Positions 51,623 through 64,000 of a stretch of 64,000 bases of DNA are shown here, piece by piece. The DNA is from Chlorokybus atmophyticus (Eukaryota; Plantae; Mesostigma and Chlorokybus algae): contig RHPI01002998.1 in NCBI GenBank assembly GCA_009103225.1, positions 1 to 64,000 on the forward strand, in the 5' to 3' direction. Both the position numbers and the translations under genes were made by a program. The first letter of the stretch is position 1. Each line of letters begins with the position of its first letter. The notes beneath the pieces are model-generated. The model saw only the letters and a list, made by a program, of their open reading frames with translations, made no database searches and was not told the DNA's origin.

Positions 51623-54600
51623 CTACGAGGACTGTTCTTCTTTCTTCGCGTTGAGTTCCTGTTCCAGATTGTCCGCATCATCGATATCCCATCCATCATC
51701 GGCGCCACCCTCCCCCTCGCCTTCGCCTTCTCCAACATCCTCACCATCGTTGTCATCACCAAAGATATCATCCGTATCATCATCAAGCGAGTTGGAAGGC
51801 GCTTCTGAAGCCGACTTCTCTGCTGCTGGTTTGGCTGCCGCATCTTGCTTAACCGCTGTTTTCTCCGCTGCTTCCGCTTTCGCCACAGACGCTTGCTCCG
51901 ATACGGCTTCCACGCGGGACTTAGCGGCATCGGTGAAGGACTTCGCTTTCGCTGCCAGCATGCCAGTGAAGGACTTTTCCTTCACTGGCGCAGCTTCGCT
52001 GGGCGACTTGGCTGCTGATTTCGCTTCTTCTGCTGCCGCAGCTGATGCAGCGGCTTCCGCTCTGGCTTCTGCTTCTGCTTCCTGCTGCGTAGGGACTTCT
52101 ATGACTGGCCTGGGAGAGGCCTTGAAGTCGCTTCGGAGCTTCTCCATCCCCTGCGTAGCGGCTTCGAATTGCTTTCTGGCTTCCTCAAACTGCGCCAGCG
52201 TGCCTGCCTGCCTCTCAGCTTCCAATATATCATCCACCTGCCCAACACAGGTGGGTGCTGAGCTCGTATCACAGCGTGCGACACCATATTGTGTGAACCC
52301 ACGTGTACCTCATCTCGCACTGCGTCAACAGCTGCAAACACGCCCACAAGCTGGCCTTCGACTTCAAGATACTTGTTCTCAAGCGCTCGGCGACTGCGCG
52401 TAAGATGGAACACCTCTTCTTCCATATTAAGCTCAGCCATCTGATTCCTGCACACATCCACGCACGTGCAAGTGCGCCAGGCATTGGAAGGATTGCACAC
52501 AACGCAGTACCATGTGTAGACCATTACTTGCGTGCGAGTAGTGTCTCGAGCTCTCCATTGATGAACTTCAGTCTGCGCAGCAGAGTCGAGGCTTCCTCAC
52601 AGCGAGCGGTGACGTGTATGGCGGCCGCCTTGAGGTGGTCCTCGCTTGCTGTGATGAGGGCCGCCCTGCCAAAATTCAAAGCATGAGTATCGAAACATCT
52701 GTCTGAACTTCAAAGGAGACTTGCTTTACAACTCGTACGTACTTGTTTGTGGCCGACAAAGTTGCCGCGAGCGCGCTCTGGTGTCGCCATGTGTCCTGCA
52801 TCGGTGTTCGTAACATCGCGACATCGGTGTATTGGGACAAAAGTGATTGAAACAACACTGCATGCTGTCACCACTTGACCACAGGTGTGCTCAAACACAC
52901 CTGCAAGAACTCCTCCCATTGGTGCACAACCTCCAGTTCAGTCATGTGATTAATTGTGGAGATGGCCATCTCCTTCTCCTGAAATAAGATTGTGGTATCA
53001 GCAAAGAACATGCATAACGATGATGATAGGTGGATGAATCACACAAAGTTGGCTTAAGGACGGTGCCAACCTTGAGCGCGAGCGACTTGATGAGTGCCGC
53101 GTTGGCGCCCTCAAACTCCTCTCTTTCTTCGCGCTGCTTTGCTTGTCGCGTGGTGCACACACCAATCTGCTCACATGCAGAGTTGCTTGCTATAGGTTGA
53201 GTAGTAACGCAACATGCAGTACATCCGCAGTACTGTTAAGGGCGAGCTTACACACGCACGCGCACACACATGCGCGCAAGCACGCACGCATGTACACATT
53301 TTTGCAAGCACAAACACACACGCCCACACACACACCTGTGCGTTGACTGCTGCGAGCTCCTTCTCCAATTCGGTGCGCTTTGCTGCCAATGTCTCCATCT
53401 CCCCTTGCAAAACCTGCAATCACAGCCAGTATGAAACAGAGAGCTATGGCTGAGCAGAACATCACAAGTAAAGTAAACACGAGCGATGTAAGCATACCTT
53501 TTCTGCCTCCGCCACTTCTTCCATGCGCCTGGCGCAGTAGTCTGCCGCCTCATCTTTGTGCTGCTTGTTGTCGGCACGCTTCTGATGCAAAGCTGAGATT
53601 CCCTCTTGCAGGGCAGCCGCCGCTTCGGCCACCCTCGCAAGCTTGTCCTGATACAAGCCGCCATGCATTGAGCGCCATCAATCAGCACACAAAGGACAAA
53701 TATACAAACAATCCCAACCTTGTGTATGTCCTCCCAAGCCTTCTCACTTGCACTTTGGTACCTTCTGTCCGCATGCGCGCGCACGCGAGTGGACAGCTCC
53801 AGCACCTCCTTCGTCCTCTCAGAACTCTGTGCGCAAACAACAACATCATCTTTGTTTTTCCAACAGGCATGCGCACATGCACGCACTCACACACATGATT
53901 ACGCACGCACGCACGCACGCAATGCACAGAAACCTGCACATGCACTGAGGAGGGGTCGAGAGGCTCATGCATGGAGCGTGGAGAGTCTGTGTACTCCGAT
54001 TGTTTGATGTTGCCATTGCTTGTTGCAGCGCTCGGACTCTTCAATGGCTTAACTAGAGCATCAATCTCAGCCTGAGCCCAAACCAACATCAGTCTATGCG
54101 CATGCAGGCGGTTGCTGGCAACAATGAACACATCAAAGGCTTGTGTCACCTTGGCTTTGTTAATCAGCGCATCAAGTCGTTCACGCTCAGGGCTGATCTT
54201 GAGCGCAGCAACGGCGCCGCATGCAAGATCAAGCAATTCTTGCTTTGAGATCTGCCAATCGCAATTTGGGGGTTCACACACATTAGCTCCACAAGCGTCA
54301 AGCATGTCATTCCCGTGCTGCTTACCTGAACCTCCACATCATGACCGCCGGAAACAGCTGAAAGCTTAACAATGCCAGTGAGAACCGCCTGCAGACAGCC
54401 GTATCAGAAGGACGCTAAGTCAAGTCCAAAACGCCAAATCTCTGCATGTGTGCGTTTATATGTGTGCATGCACGTAACTGTACACTTGCATGCAAGTGCT
54501 CAGTTACGTGCGCGTACATGTGTGCGCATGCATGTGACAGATTACGTGTTATACACACAACCGTGCAATCCTTGCACCTGATAAGCCTCTTCCCCGCCAA

Positions 54601-56061
54601 CCAGGCACTCTTCGAACAGCTCAAGCAGGAGTCTCCTCTCCTCATTGTCAGGGGCATCCTCGACAAAGTTGGTCACAAGAAGCTCGAGCGCACGGGATCG
54701 CAGGAACACGTCTTTGAAAGTGAGTGCCTCAGGACTGCCCGAGCGCGCATCATAAAACGCAAGACGCTGGATGGGAATTGACTGCGACGACTGCAGCGAC
54801 GATGCACGTGAAGCGTCACTCGCTGCGTCGTCCATTGCATCCTCCTTCTCTACTGTTACGGCATCCTCTGCAATGCACAACCCATCACAAGAGTGTCTTT
54901 ACCTGAGCCCTTTTGCCAAGGTTGCAATTGGGTACAGCTGAGAAGGTTGGCAGGCGGATTTGGTGAAAGTTTGGTTGTTGGTGGGTTTGCATTAGTAGTT
55001 GCTTTGAATCAAGCTACCATTTGTCTGCTGTTGTGTAGGTGCTTGTGGCACTGTGTGGAGTTGTACCATTCATTGATGAAACACATCACAGCCACTTTGG
55101 CAATGCTGTTTGGAGTGTGTACCTGAGTCCAGCACCTCGTCCGCACTCTGAGCCTCGGCCTGACTCTTCTCCTGTTCCTCCTGGCTTTGCTCCTTCTGCT
55201 GCTGCTGCTCTCCGCTTGCACCAGCAGAGCCATCTTCCTTCAAATTGCTGCTGTTGCTCTCACCATTGAGCTCCCTCAAAGCACGGCCCCATCTCATAAG
55301 AGCCTACAATCACACAGTTACAACTATCAACTACTCTCTCCTAGCTAGTTGTTATATGCTTAAATGCAACGACAACAACAATAATAACATCATGAACACC
55401 ATCAACTGCAATCAATCACCTGTGCGCGTTCGGGGCCTTTGGCTTGGCGCGCTACGCGTTCCAGGCGTTCAACAGCAGCGTGGAAGTCATTGTAGTTGCG
55501 GCCCACCTGAGGGCAATGCCGATTGTGTATTGCAATACGAATCACAAGCTGGATTGAGCATTAACCATGTTGACAATGTCCATCAGCACTCTGTAAGTTG
55601 CATTACCAGCCTACTGTGGACCGCTCTGGCTGACCCGAGCACTGCACCTTGCACCTGCATTTGCACGCACACAACCATCACATTCCTGAATCCAACACAG
55701 CGTTGCGCAACTGCAGGTTTGATTAGATCAGTTCAACTCTCTCAACTCCATGCAAGCTGCTGCAAGCTGGTGCTTGGCATTGTTGGGTCAAACGTGACGC
55801 AATGCAGCAGCTGGCTAGCAGCAATGCTGATTGACGTGACTTGGCACAACTCAATTGAAGGGAGCAATGCATTGATCAACACTTCACACGCAAACAGGCA
55901 CAGATCCAGCTGTTAAGCAGCATCTTATGCTTGATTGTGGCCTGGTCAGACCGCCCCATTGCCTGTGAGAAGGTGCCGGCGAGGTTCTTGCCGAAGGCGT
56001 TGAGCGGCGTGGGACCCGTGCGCCCCTCCGCCGCAGCCCGGAGCTTCCCAAACCACGACAT
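51623..56061 (-). CDS. Plant-type coiled-coil protein (At2g37370/At5g13560-like)
   Basis: MSWFGKLR start. GRNYNDFHAAVERLERVARQAKGPERAQ, FYDARSGSPEALTFKDVFLRSRALE..PDNEERRLLLELFEECLVGGEE and KQELLDLACGAVAALK resemble this land-plant family as recalled. Acidic, Ala-rich C-terminus. Confidence 0.75.
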
Positions 56062-56401
56062 CGCTGCTCCCCCTCTACCCCCACGACGGCGACACCGCCG
56101 CCGCCGTCGTCGCCGCCGCCCACCTCAGCTATGCCAAAGCTGCCCTCAGCGATGGCACAGCTGACGTCATGAACCTGACACTTCTGTCCTATTAGGGAGA
56201 CGCACTCCCCCGCTAAAACGGGGTATCTGCTCCTCATGTAACTAAAGCTTTCTTGTTTGACCGAGAGCGTTGTAGCGTTGTAGATTTACTGCAAGCGTTG
56301 GAGAACAAGGCCTTGGGCCAGGTCTTGCAGCGTTGTTGGTAGCGTTGCCGATCAGGCCACAAAGCCCTAACGCGCCAGGCCAGAAGCGTGGCTTTTGCTT
56401 G

Positions 56402-56885
56402 ATGGCGGCGGTGGCGGTGCTGTGGCCTGGTGGTGGCGTGGCGTCACATAGGCTGGGATGCTGGGGGGAGCATGCCAGGGCCAGGGCCAGGCCCAGGCCC
56501 AGGCCCAGGCGGGGGAAGGTGGCATTGACAGCCTGCGCTGGCGGCGGCGCTGCAATCAGGCCACGCGCCGGCGGAGGCGGCGGCGGCGAACATGCGAGCA
56601 AGGGTGGTGGTCCGGCCAAGGTGCTGTGGCTGGTAGACTTCATGTCTCTGTGCTATGACGGCAGCACGCCGGACGCCATGGCAGCTGTCAGGTGAGCGAG
56701 CCGGGCATGCTCTGTGCTTGCTTATGTTGCATGCAGCCATTGATTGGGAGCTTGGGTATTGCATGGAGATGTTGGACATGAACATTGTGACCAACACACC
56801 CGTTGAAGTTGCAGCACAGTAAGCCGCATTGCCACCCTGTTGGCTCCAGCTCACATGTTGCTTGCTGCATTGCATTGCAAGCCAC

Positions 56886-56920
<35 letters not shown>

Positions 56921-58807
56921 GCACTTACATGCACGCATTAAACACAAGTTTGCGCATGCATGTGTGCATGCTTGCACACATGCATGCGTGTGCGCATACA
57001 CACATAGGGACACAGGCATGCGCGCACGCGCATATACCGAATCACACGCTCACAGCCACACAAGTCCACACGCGTGAGGTTACATGTATGTGCGCGCATT
57101 GCAGCATACGTATGCGTGCATGCACACACTATTCTCGTTGTTCTGGCACGACTTGAGACAGGGCTCACATAAACTTCACTCTTTGTCTCCCCACTTGATC
57201 CAACATAACACCGATTGCGTGCTTTGATGCTGCAGGTGGATGCGGGACGTGCTGCATTCTTCACAAGCCCGCGACGGGTCGTTCGCACCCGTTGTTGCTG
57301 TAAGTACGCAATGCTGGAATGTTGCTTTGAAGACACAACATGCTGACACACAAGAATGGATTAGTCCACCGCAGAGTTGTGCACATTGGCATGTGCTGTT
57401 GGTCAGGTGTTTGATGGCGAGCGCGGAAACACTGCTCGACGCGAAATCTTTGCGGGGTACAAAGCGGGGCGGAGGTCTTACAAACCATTGCAGGTGGTTG
57501 TGGTTGTGGTTGTGTGTGTGTGTGCTTGTGTATTGTCACAATACCTGTGCGGCATGACACTGATGTTGGTTTGCGCGCGTGCGCAAAAAGCTAGGCCGCC
57601 TCGAAGCGATCCCAGCCGCTGGATCTCCGCCTGGTCCTCCCGATCCTGCGCTCCTGGCTGCCCGAACTCAATATCCCCGTAAGCACACAACAACACCCAC
57701 ACAACCACACACTAGTTCAACTCTAACCAATTCCATCTCCAGGTTGTTCAGATGGATGACAGCGAGGCCGACGATGTGATCGCGACTCTTTGCACGCGCG
57801 CGCGGGACCACGACCACACTCTGCGTGTGGTCGTGGTCTCCGGCGATACTGACTTCCGACAACTGCTATCGCCAGAGGCACGCGTGAATGTCCTTACTGT
57901 TGTTGTGTGGGATGCAGTGTGCGCAGATGAGCTGATGTTGTGTGATGCTCCCCGCAATAGGTGTGTTTGTGCGTGCCGAGGGGAGACCTGGATAGGCTGA
58001 GCTTTTATACGACGGAGCACTTTGTTAAGCAGCACGCGTACCCGCCGCAGCAGGTGCGTGTACACGTGGATCTCGGTGTCACTTGTTGTAGTCGTTGCGT
58101 GTGTTGGCGAGTTGAGCGATTCGGGAGTGACCAATCAGATGCGCGTCTTGCGTACAGTATGCTGGTATGAAGATCTTATTGGGGGATGCCACAGACCGCA
58201 TCCCGCGCATTCCAGGGTGAGTGTACTCTGTACTGTGTGTATCCGTGTGTGCGCGCGCGTGCGTGCGCACGTGTGCCGGCGCACATTTGCTCTCGCACGT
58301 GTGTGCGCACCCACATATGTGCGCGTGCGTGCGTGCGTGTATGCGTGCATGGCACCGCGTGCCTGCAGGAGTGCGTGTGCGCACTTGTGTGTATGTCGTC
58401 ACGTGTTGCATTGTCAACATGGATGCCAAGCGAACATGTGTGTATGTCCCATCAGCGTTGCAAAGTCAACGGCGTTGAAGCTCGTGGAGCAATTCGTCGG
58501 AAGCGACCTCGCGGGCGCGCTCGGGAAGGGCCATCGCGAGGCTATCGAGCGCAACGCCGCCCTCATCGTCATGAAAAGGCATGCACATGTTGGGTTGTGT
58601 GCTTGGGCTTATGCTGTACACTGACTTCCTTTTCATCACAGGGATCTGGAAGATGTGGACTTTAAGGCCGAATGGCTCACGCAGCGCGACGCGTCATGCG
58701 ACAAGGAGCTGTTTGATTTGATCACGCAGCGATTGAGAAGTATTGCTGAAGAGGACAGATTAGTTACTCACACTCAACATAATACCCACTCAAGGACACA
58801 AACTTGA
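56402..58807 (+). CDS. OEX2: Organellar 5'-3' exonuclease/flap endonuclease (OEX2-like)
   Basis: VLWLVDFMSLCYDG, VFDGERGNTARREIFAGYKAGR, EADDVIATL, VVSGDTDFRQLLS, SFYTTEHF, LLGDATDRIPRIPG (H3TH) and EWLTQRDASCD. Transit-peptide-like N-terminus. Confidence 0.88.
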
Positions 58808-58862
58808 TGCTGATAGGCACTTCGATGTATTCCAGTTGAGGATATATACAACTAGATTTATG

Positions 58863-61800
58863 TCAAAAAGCACGGATCCCAAACCCGCTCTTTTGCGACG
58901 ACGGCGACTGTTTTCGTGACTGGTTAGTCCCGGGAGAGGAAGAATTGGTTCTGGCTGAGGACTGCACCGATTCTGCGTGAAACAGGTTCATGTTGCTCAT
59001 GTTGTTGTTGTTGTTGGGTGTCCCGAGCATGCCTTTTGGTGAGCCTCCCGTTGAAAGCGTGCTGCGCGCGGTGTGGTTGAGAAGGTTGTTGCTGTATGAT
59101 GAGGAGTTGTTGAGAGTTAAGGAACTCTTGGACCAGCCGAGACCGCCGGCGGATCCGCTCAACTGAGATGTGATGCGGGAGTGCTCAGCACGAAGAGACT
59201 CCAACTTCTCCTGCTCACAGACACACAAACAGTGTTGGGTTGTGTGAGGTGGAATAGTTGTGTGTATGTGTGTTTGTTGTTACATGCCGGTGTTATTTTG
59301 TGTTGACTAGAAAAGGCACGTCTGTACGACTGTGCGTGTTTGTGTGTATGTGTGCGCGCGTGTGGTTATTTGCGTGTCATGTGTGCGTGTGTTTTCTCCC
59401 GTGCGTACATCAAGATGTGTGCAAGTGATAATTGTGAGTGCTGTCAACATGTTGCGCAACGTGCTAGCGAATCAACCAAACTCGCCTGCAGCTCCTCCTG
59501 CTTGGCCTTCTGCCCATCCATGTCCTCTAGCAGCCGCGGGTTGTTGACCAGACCATTCTGCATCTGCACAGCACAGAACACAACCCAAACTCAACCCTTC
59601 ATCACCACCTACCAACAACAACAACAACAACAACAAGCCCAACAAACCAACCTCGAGTCTTGCACGCCTTTTGCGCAGTATGTCCCTCAGTCTCTTCCCC
59701 CTCGCGAGTGCATCTCTTCGCCCCGCAGCCCCATCCTCAAGCTGGTCCACCTCTTTAGCCACAACCTAGCATGAACACATCGTGGGAATGTTGTGTCGTG
59801 CGGGTTGGGTTAGGTTGATGAAATGTGTCACACACTCACTTCGTTGGCTCGTGATTCAAACTGAAGCTTCTCGCGCAAATGCGTAAGACACTGAACGGTG
59901 ACTGTTGTCTGCTTTTTCAGTCTCAACAGCTCCTCGTTGCGCTCTTCGATCTTCTCGTGAAGGGACTGTGGCAGGGTGAGGAAAAAGTGTGGGTATGCAG
60001 TAATAGTTGTATCACCACCTCATGAGTGATACACAATGTGTCCTTGTGTCTCTTGCCTGGTTTTCGATCTTGAGTTGTTCAAAATCAATGAGGTGAAGTC
60101 CCTCTGCCAACTGCTCCTTGGCCTTGAGCACCCCCTCCAGCTTCTTGACCTGCGTCATGATGTGTGTGTGCGTGTGCACGCGCACGCACGCGCTTGTTAA
60201 GGATGTTGTTTTGGTACCTGCATCTTGAGTTGGATGTGTCTGCGGCGTATGCGCTCGACATCAGCGTCTTTCTGCTTCTCTTTGGCTTCAAACTGTGAGT
60301 AATGATGGTGCAGCAGCAGCAGCAGTAGCGATAAGGTTGCTTTGATGCAACTATTCATCCAACCACACACAACTATGACGCAAAACGTCCTCGCGCATGG
60401 ACACGCACCTGTCGAACGACCCTCTCGGGCATTCTCCTTCCGGTGTTGCTGTACTCGGCACTCCTGGCCACCTAACAGGTAATTTGTAAGAAATATTCAG
60501 TGACATGCTCGTGCACGTGCGTACGCACACGGGCACATCCAAGGCTACATGTGTTTTTGTGCGAAACTGTTCAAACAAGTTGTGCGTGCATCAACACCTC
60601 GGCCATGAATGTGAGGAAGGACTGGCGCGTTGTGGCTGCCATGTGCTCGCGATCCGACAACCGCTCCTGCATAGGATGTGTGTGTATGTGAGTGCGTGCG
60701 CGTGCATAAGTGTGTGGTGGGGAGTGTGTGCGCGCGCATATATGCGTACGCAACAAAGCACTTCACAGCAGACGAATGGACACATGCATGCACATGCGCA
60801 AAGTCAAGCAGCGTATTTGCATATATGTGTTTACAGTGCCGTGTGTTTGCACTCGTATGTACAGGTGCACCGACATCTGCAGGTTTGGTGCATGCAAGGA
60901 CACGCTGAACATGTTGTGCCAAACTGCACAAACATGCATGTGACGCTCACCTGCCAGTCTGCCAACCCAGACTCCATCTGCGCGCGCACGCGCTGCAGCT
61001 CCTCCTCATACTCCACCCACTGCCACACACTCTATACACAACAACCACGTTGAGAGGCACGTGAACACACCACCACCACAACAACAACAACAGCAAACAC
61101 GTTTCTACGCACTTGTTGATATCGCGTGCTCTCAGGTGAGTCAAAGATCCCCCCAACCGTATGCGTGTTCCCATCCTTATTGCTGCTGCTGTTCTTGTTG
61201 TTGTTGTGATTGCCACTGCTGTTGTTGGGTGTACTTGCGTTGTTGTTGTTGTTGTTCTTGTTGTCTTGCTTGTGTGGTGTGATAAGCATCGACAGTCTCC
61301 TCTGCAACGCCTGGCTCAACGCCTGCAGCCGATGCTTCTCCTCCTGCTCCTCCTGCAACAGCCTGCCCCAATCCTCCTGCGGTTGCGGCGGAAAGGCTGC
61401 AGGCGGTAGCTCCCCTAACGTATCACTCTCCTCCTCATCAACGATGTCAGCATCCTCATCGGCGATATCAACCTCATCGTTGAGGTCAACTTCGACGCCG
61501 GGAGTGTCTGCATGCCTGGGAGGAGGAGCGATATGCGTCCGACTGGCGGATATTTGCGCTACTTCTGCGGAGTCGGGTTCGGATATCAAAGAGTCAGGGC
61601 CGATATCTTCAATGTGGCCGTTCACATCCTCAGCGGCGTCAATGTCAACATCCTCGTCGCTGTTGTAAGCGTAGCCAGGGTTCGCCGCATCGATATCGGC
61701 CTCAACTAGCGATATCTGCCCTGCCTCCCCTTCTCCTTCTCCTTCTCCTTCTCCTTCTCCTTCTCCTTTTCCTGCCCTGGTAGCGTTGATATCGTCCCCA

Positions 61801-62542
61801 CCAACCTCCCCACCTCCCACCTCCTCGCTGTCGCCCTCCCCAGTGATATCAGCGAAGTCGCCCTCCCCCCGGGGAGTGAAACCACCGGACTCGCCTGGTG
61901 CGTCGAGGGGTGCGTCAGGGAAGGCATCCGGAAAGCCGTTCGGGTCTGGGGAAGCAGAAGGTGTGAGTCCAACCGTGAGAAGCGTGCAACAACAACAACA
62001 ACAACAAGACACCAGACTACCGACCATGATGACAGCAGCAATGTCAAAAAACATTGATGACAGTTGCAAAGGATGTTTGCAACAGTAGAAGCGACAATGT
62101 CAACAACCACAACAACGATGACAACAACACCAACTGATAAAGCAATTATCAGGAAAACAGCGACATTAAAGACAGCCTCAACAACAGTAACAGCACCAAC
62201 AACCCGTTTCTCACCATGTTCTCTGCTCGCGAGCTGCGCCGAATCCCGACTTTGGCTCCGCTGCTCTTCTTGCACATCAAGCACATCAAGCACATCACCG
62301 CCCTCTCCCTCCTGGTCCGTCGCCGCATCCCTGCCCACCACCACCGCCGCCTCCTGCAGTCCCGCCGCCTCCCCCTCTCCACCGCCCACTACAGGCGGCC
62401 ACTCCAGGCCCGGCTGATCCGCCGCCGCCGCGTCCTCGTCCACTCCAGCCTCCTGCGCCACCTCCGTCTGACCCTCCATTCGCTCCATCTGCTCCTCCTG
62501 CTCCGCCGCCGCCGCCGCCGCCGCCGCCGGCGGATCCGCCAT
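58863..62542 (-). CDS. CCDC96: Ciliary coiled-coil protein CCDC96 (CFAP184, DUF4201)
   Basis: Exons give KKLEGVLKAKEQLAEGLHLIDFEQLKIENQ and SLHEKIEERNEELLRLKKQTTVTVQCLTHLREKLQF, the diagnostic CCDC96/DUF4201 segment. Long acidic N-terminus. Asn/Ser-rich C-terminal exon ending FGIRAF*. Confidence 0.9.
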
Positions 62543-64000
62543 GGCCTGCTGCGGTTTGTGTCTATTTTTGGCGTTTCTGTGTGCTGCAACTTGTTTTGTA
62601 CAGCTCGCTCAGAATCGCTGCCCCTGTGTGCCATCAGACAGACGTGCGCAGCGCGCGGCACTGTTGATGTGTCACGTGACGTTTCCGCCGTGCAGGTGGC
62701 AGCTCTGCGGCGGCGGCGGCGGCGAGTTTGTTGGGTGTGTGGGGCGCAGGGAAGCAGGGCTGGGTGACGGTAGCAATCATGCTTGTAGGCGGCAACCATG
62801 CCAGGCCAGGTGAGGTACACAGCAAGCTGTGCGGTCGCCCTTGGTGCTGCGCTCGACGCTTTGAGCGACAACGGCGGCGGCCAGGCCAGGGCAGGCCAGG
62901 CCAGGCCTTGGCGGCGGGCGCGCGTGCTAGCCTTATTTTCCTTATTGCGTGCACTTACGCCAGGGCCTGTGCCAGCCGCTGACAGGGACCACGGCAGGTA
63001 GACTGTTCGCGCACAGTTGCACGTGCACGCACGCACTCCCGCACACACACAGAGAGGCGCGGAGACACGGGGGGGGAGAGACGCATGGGCGGATTCAAGC
63101 GTACGCGCACGCACGTACACAAACATGCACACACGCGGACCCCTAACCCACATGCATCCATCAGATGAGACGACACACGCGAGTGCATGCATTCCAGCGG
63201 CAGGCAGGAGCGCACACATGCGCATGCAACAGGTTGTTGCCATCCACGCGTGCGTTCGCTTCTCCGCAGATGCAGACGTGGAAGAGAGATCCAGTGTGCT
63301 TTGTGGCTGACTTGATAGTGGGTGCAGTCAATGGGTAGGTAGATTGTGCAGCATCATATATATATATATATAGCCCAGGAGTGGATAACCGGTTTCAATG
63401 GCGTCACTGTCTGCGCTAGTGTACTGGTGTGTATTGGTGTGCATTGGTGTGGAATCTTGTTGGTGGTAGTGTATGTTACGTGTGATATCAGTGGCATGCG
63501 TATACGAGGCAAGTCACATGAAGTGCATGGCAACCTTGCTGGATTGAATTCACAAACACTGTGTATGCACATGCATGACTTGTAGACATGCAACACATAC
63601 ACATATGTGCAATCAGATGCATATGCAGTCACACGAACAACACTGCTTCGAGGAGACAACTTCCTTCTGCACACATAACCATCCATAGTGGGCCCCTTTG
63701 CTGGCCCCTGCGTGCTTGTTTGTTGCCTTTAACCTACTGCCTGCTGTCTCTGCATGTCTACTGTATGGTACATTGTAATGGTACATATCGCCTAGTATAA
63801 ACACTCCCTTGGGTCCAAAAACAGCTTGAACACAAGGCAAGCAGGCAGCCAGGACTCATGCATACATGCATACCCTTGCACGAGGCATCACAGGCATCAC
63901 ACAGGCTCCTCTGCAGCCAAGCAAGTCAAGTCTCGAAGGGGTTGAAGATTTCGACTTGGCACTCATCCTTGAAACAAATACACAAAAAGCGTGTTGGTGG

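Noticed and set aside
61706-62542. 278-aa ORF ending KEKEKEK as a single exon
   Set aside because: It reads through introns. The spliced CCDC96 frame gives GEGEGE in this region.
63926-64000. Possible terminal exon of a minus-strand gene (…DECQVEIFNPFET*)
   Set aside because: Only about 14-24 codons at the window edge. Plausible, but cannot be identified or verified.

Overview
Eukaryotic nuclear DNA with short GT-AG introns rich in alternating purine-pyrimidine (TG/CA/TGCA) sequence. The gene set (HINT3, OEX2-type exonuclease, At2g37370-like coiled-coil protein, plant-type nucleotide-sugar transporter, DUF506, plus ciliary CCDC96) suggests a flagellate-capable streptophyte green alga; this is inference. 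About 1-20 kb is repeat-rich: a DUF506 gene, a full-length but frameshifted chromodomain Ty3/gypsy LTR element (8086-15294, minus) and a TIR-bounded pogo/Fot1-type DD35D transposon with an intron-containing decayed transposase (16618-20263). About 20.8-62.5 kb is gene-dense: a divergent intron-split histone-H4-like protein with long extensions, HINT3, a 2Fe-2S ferredoxin-like protein, two head-to-head Trk/HKT paralogues separated by a spacer containing a 602-bp (TG)n, a secreted and probably GPI-anchored GSDH-PKD-malectin protein with bacterial-type architecture, a nucleotide-sugar transporter, a coiled-coil protein, a 5'-3' exonuclease and CCDC96. Family assignments come from recalled motifs, not database searches. 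Exon models were hand-built from splice signals. No rRNA, tRNA or CRISPR array was recognised.
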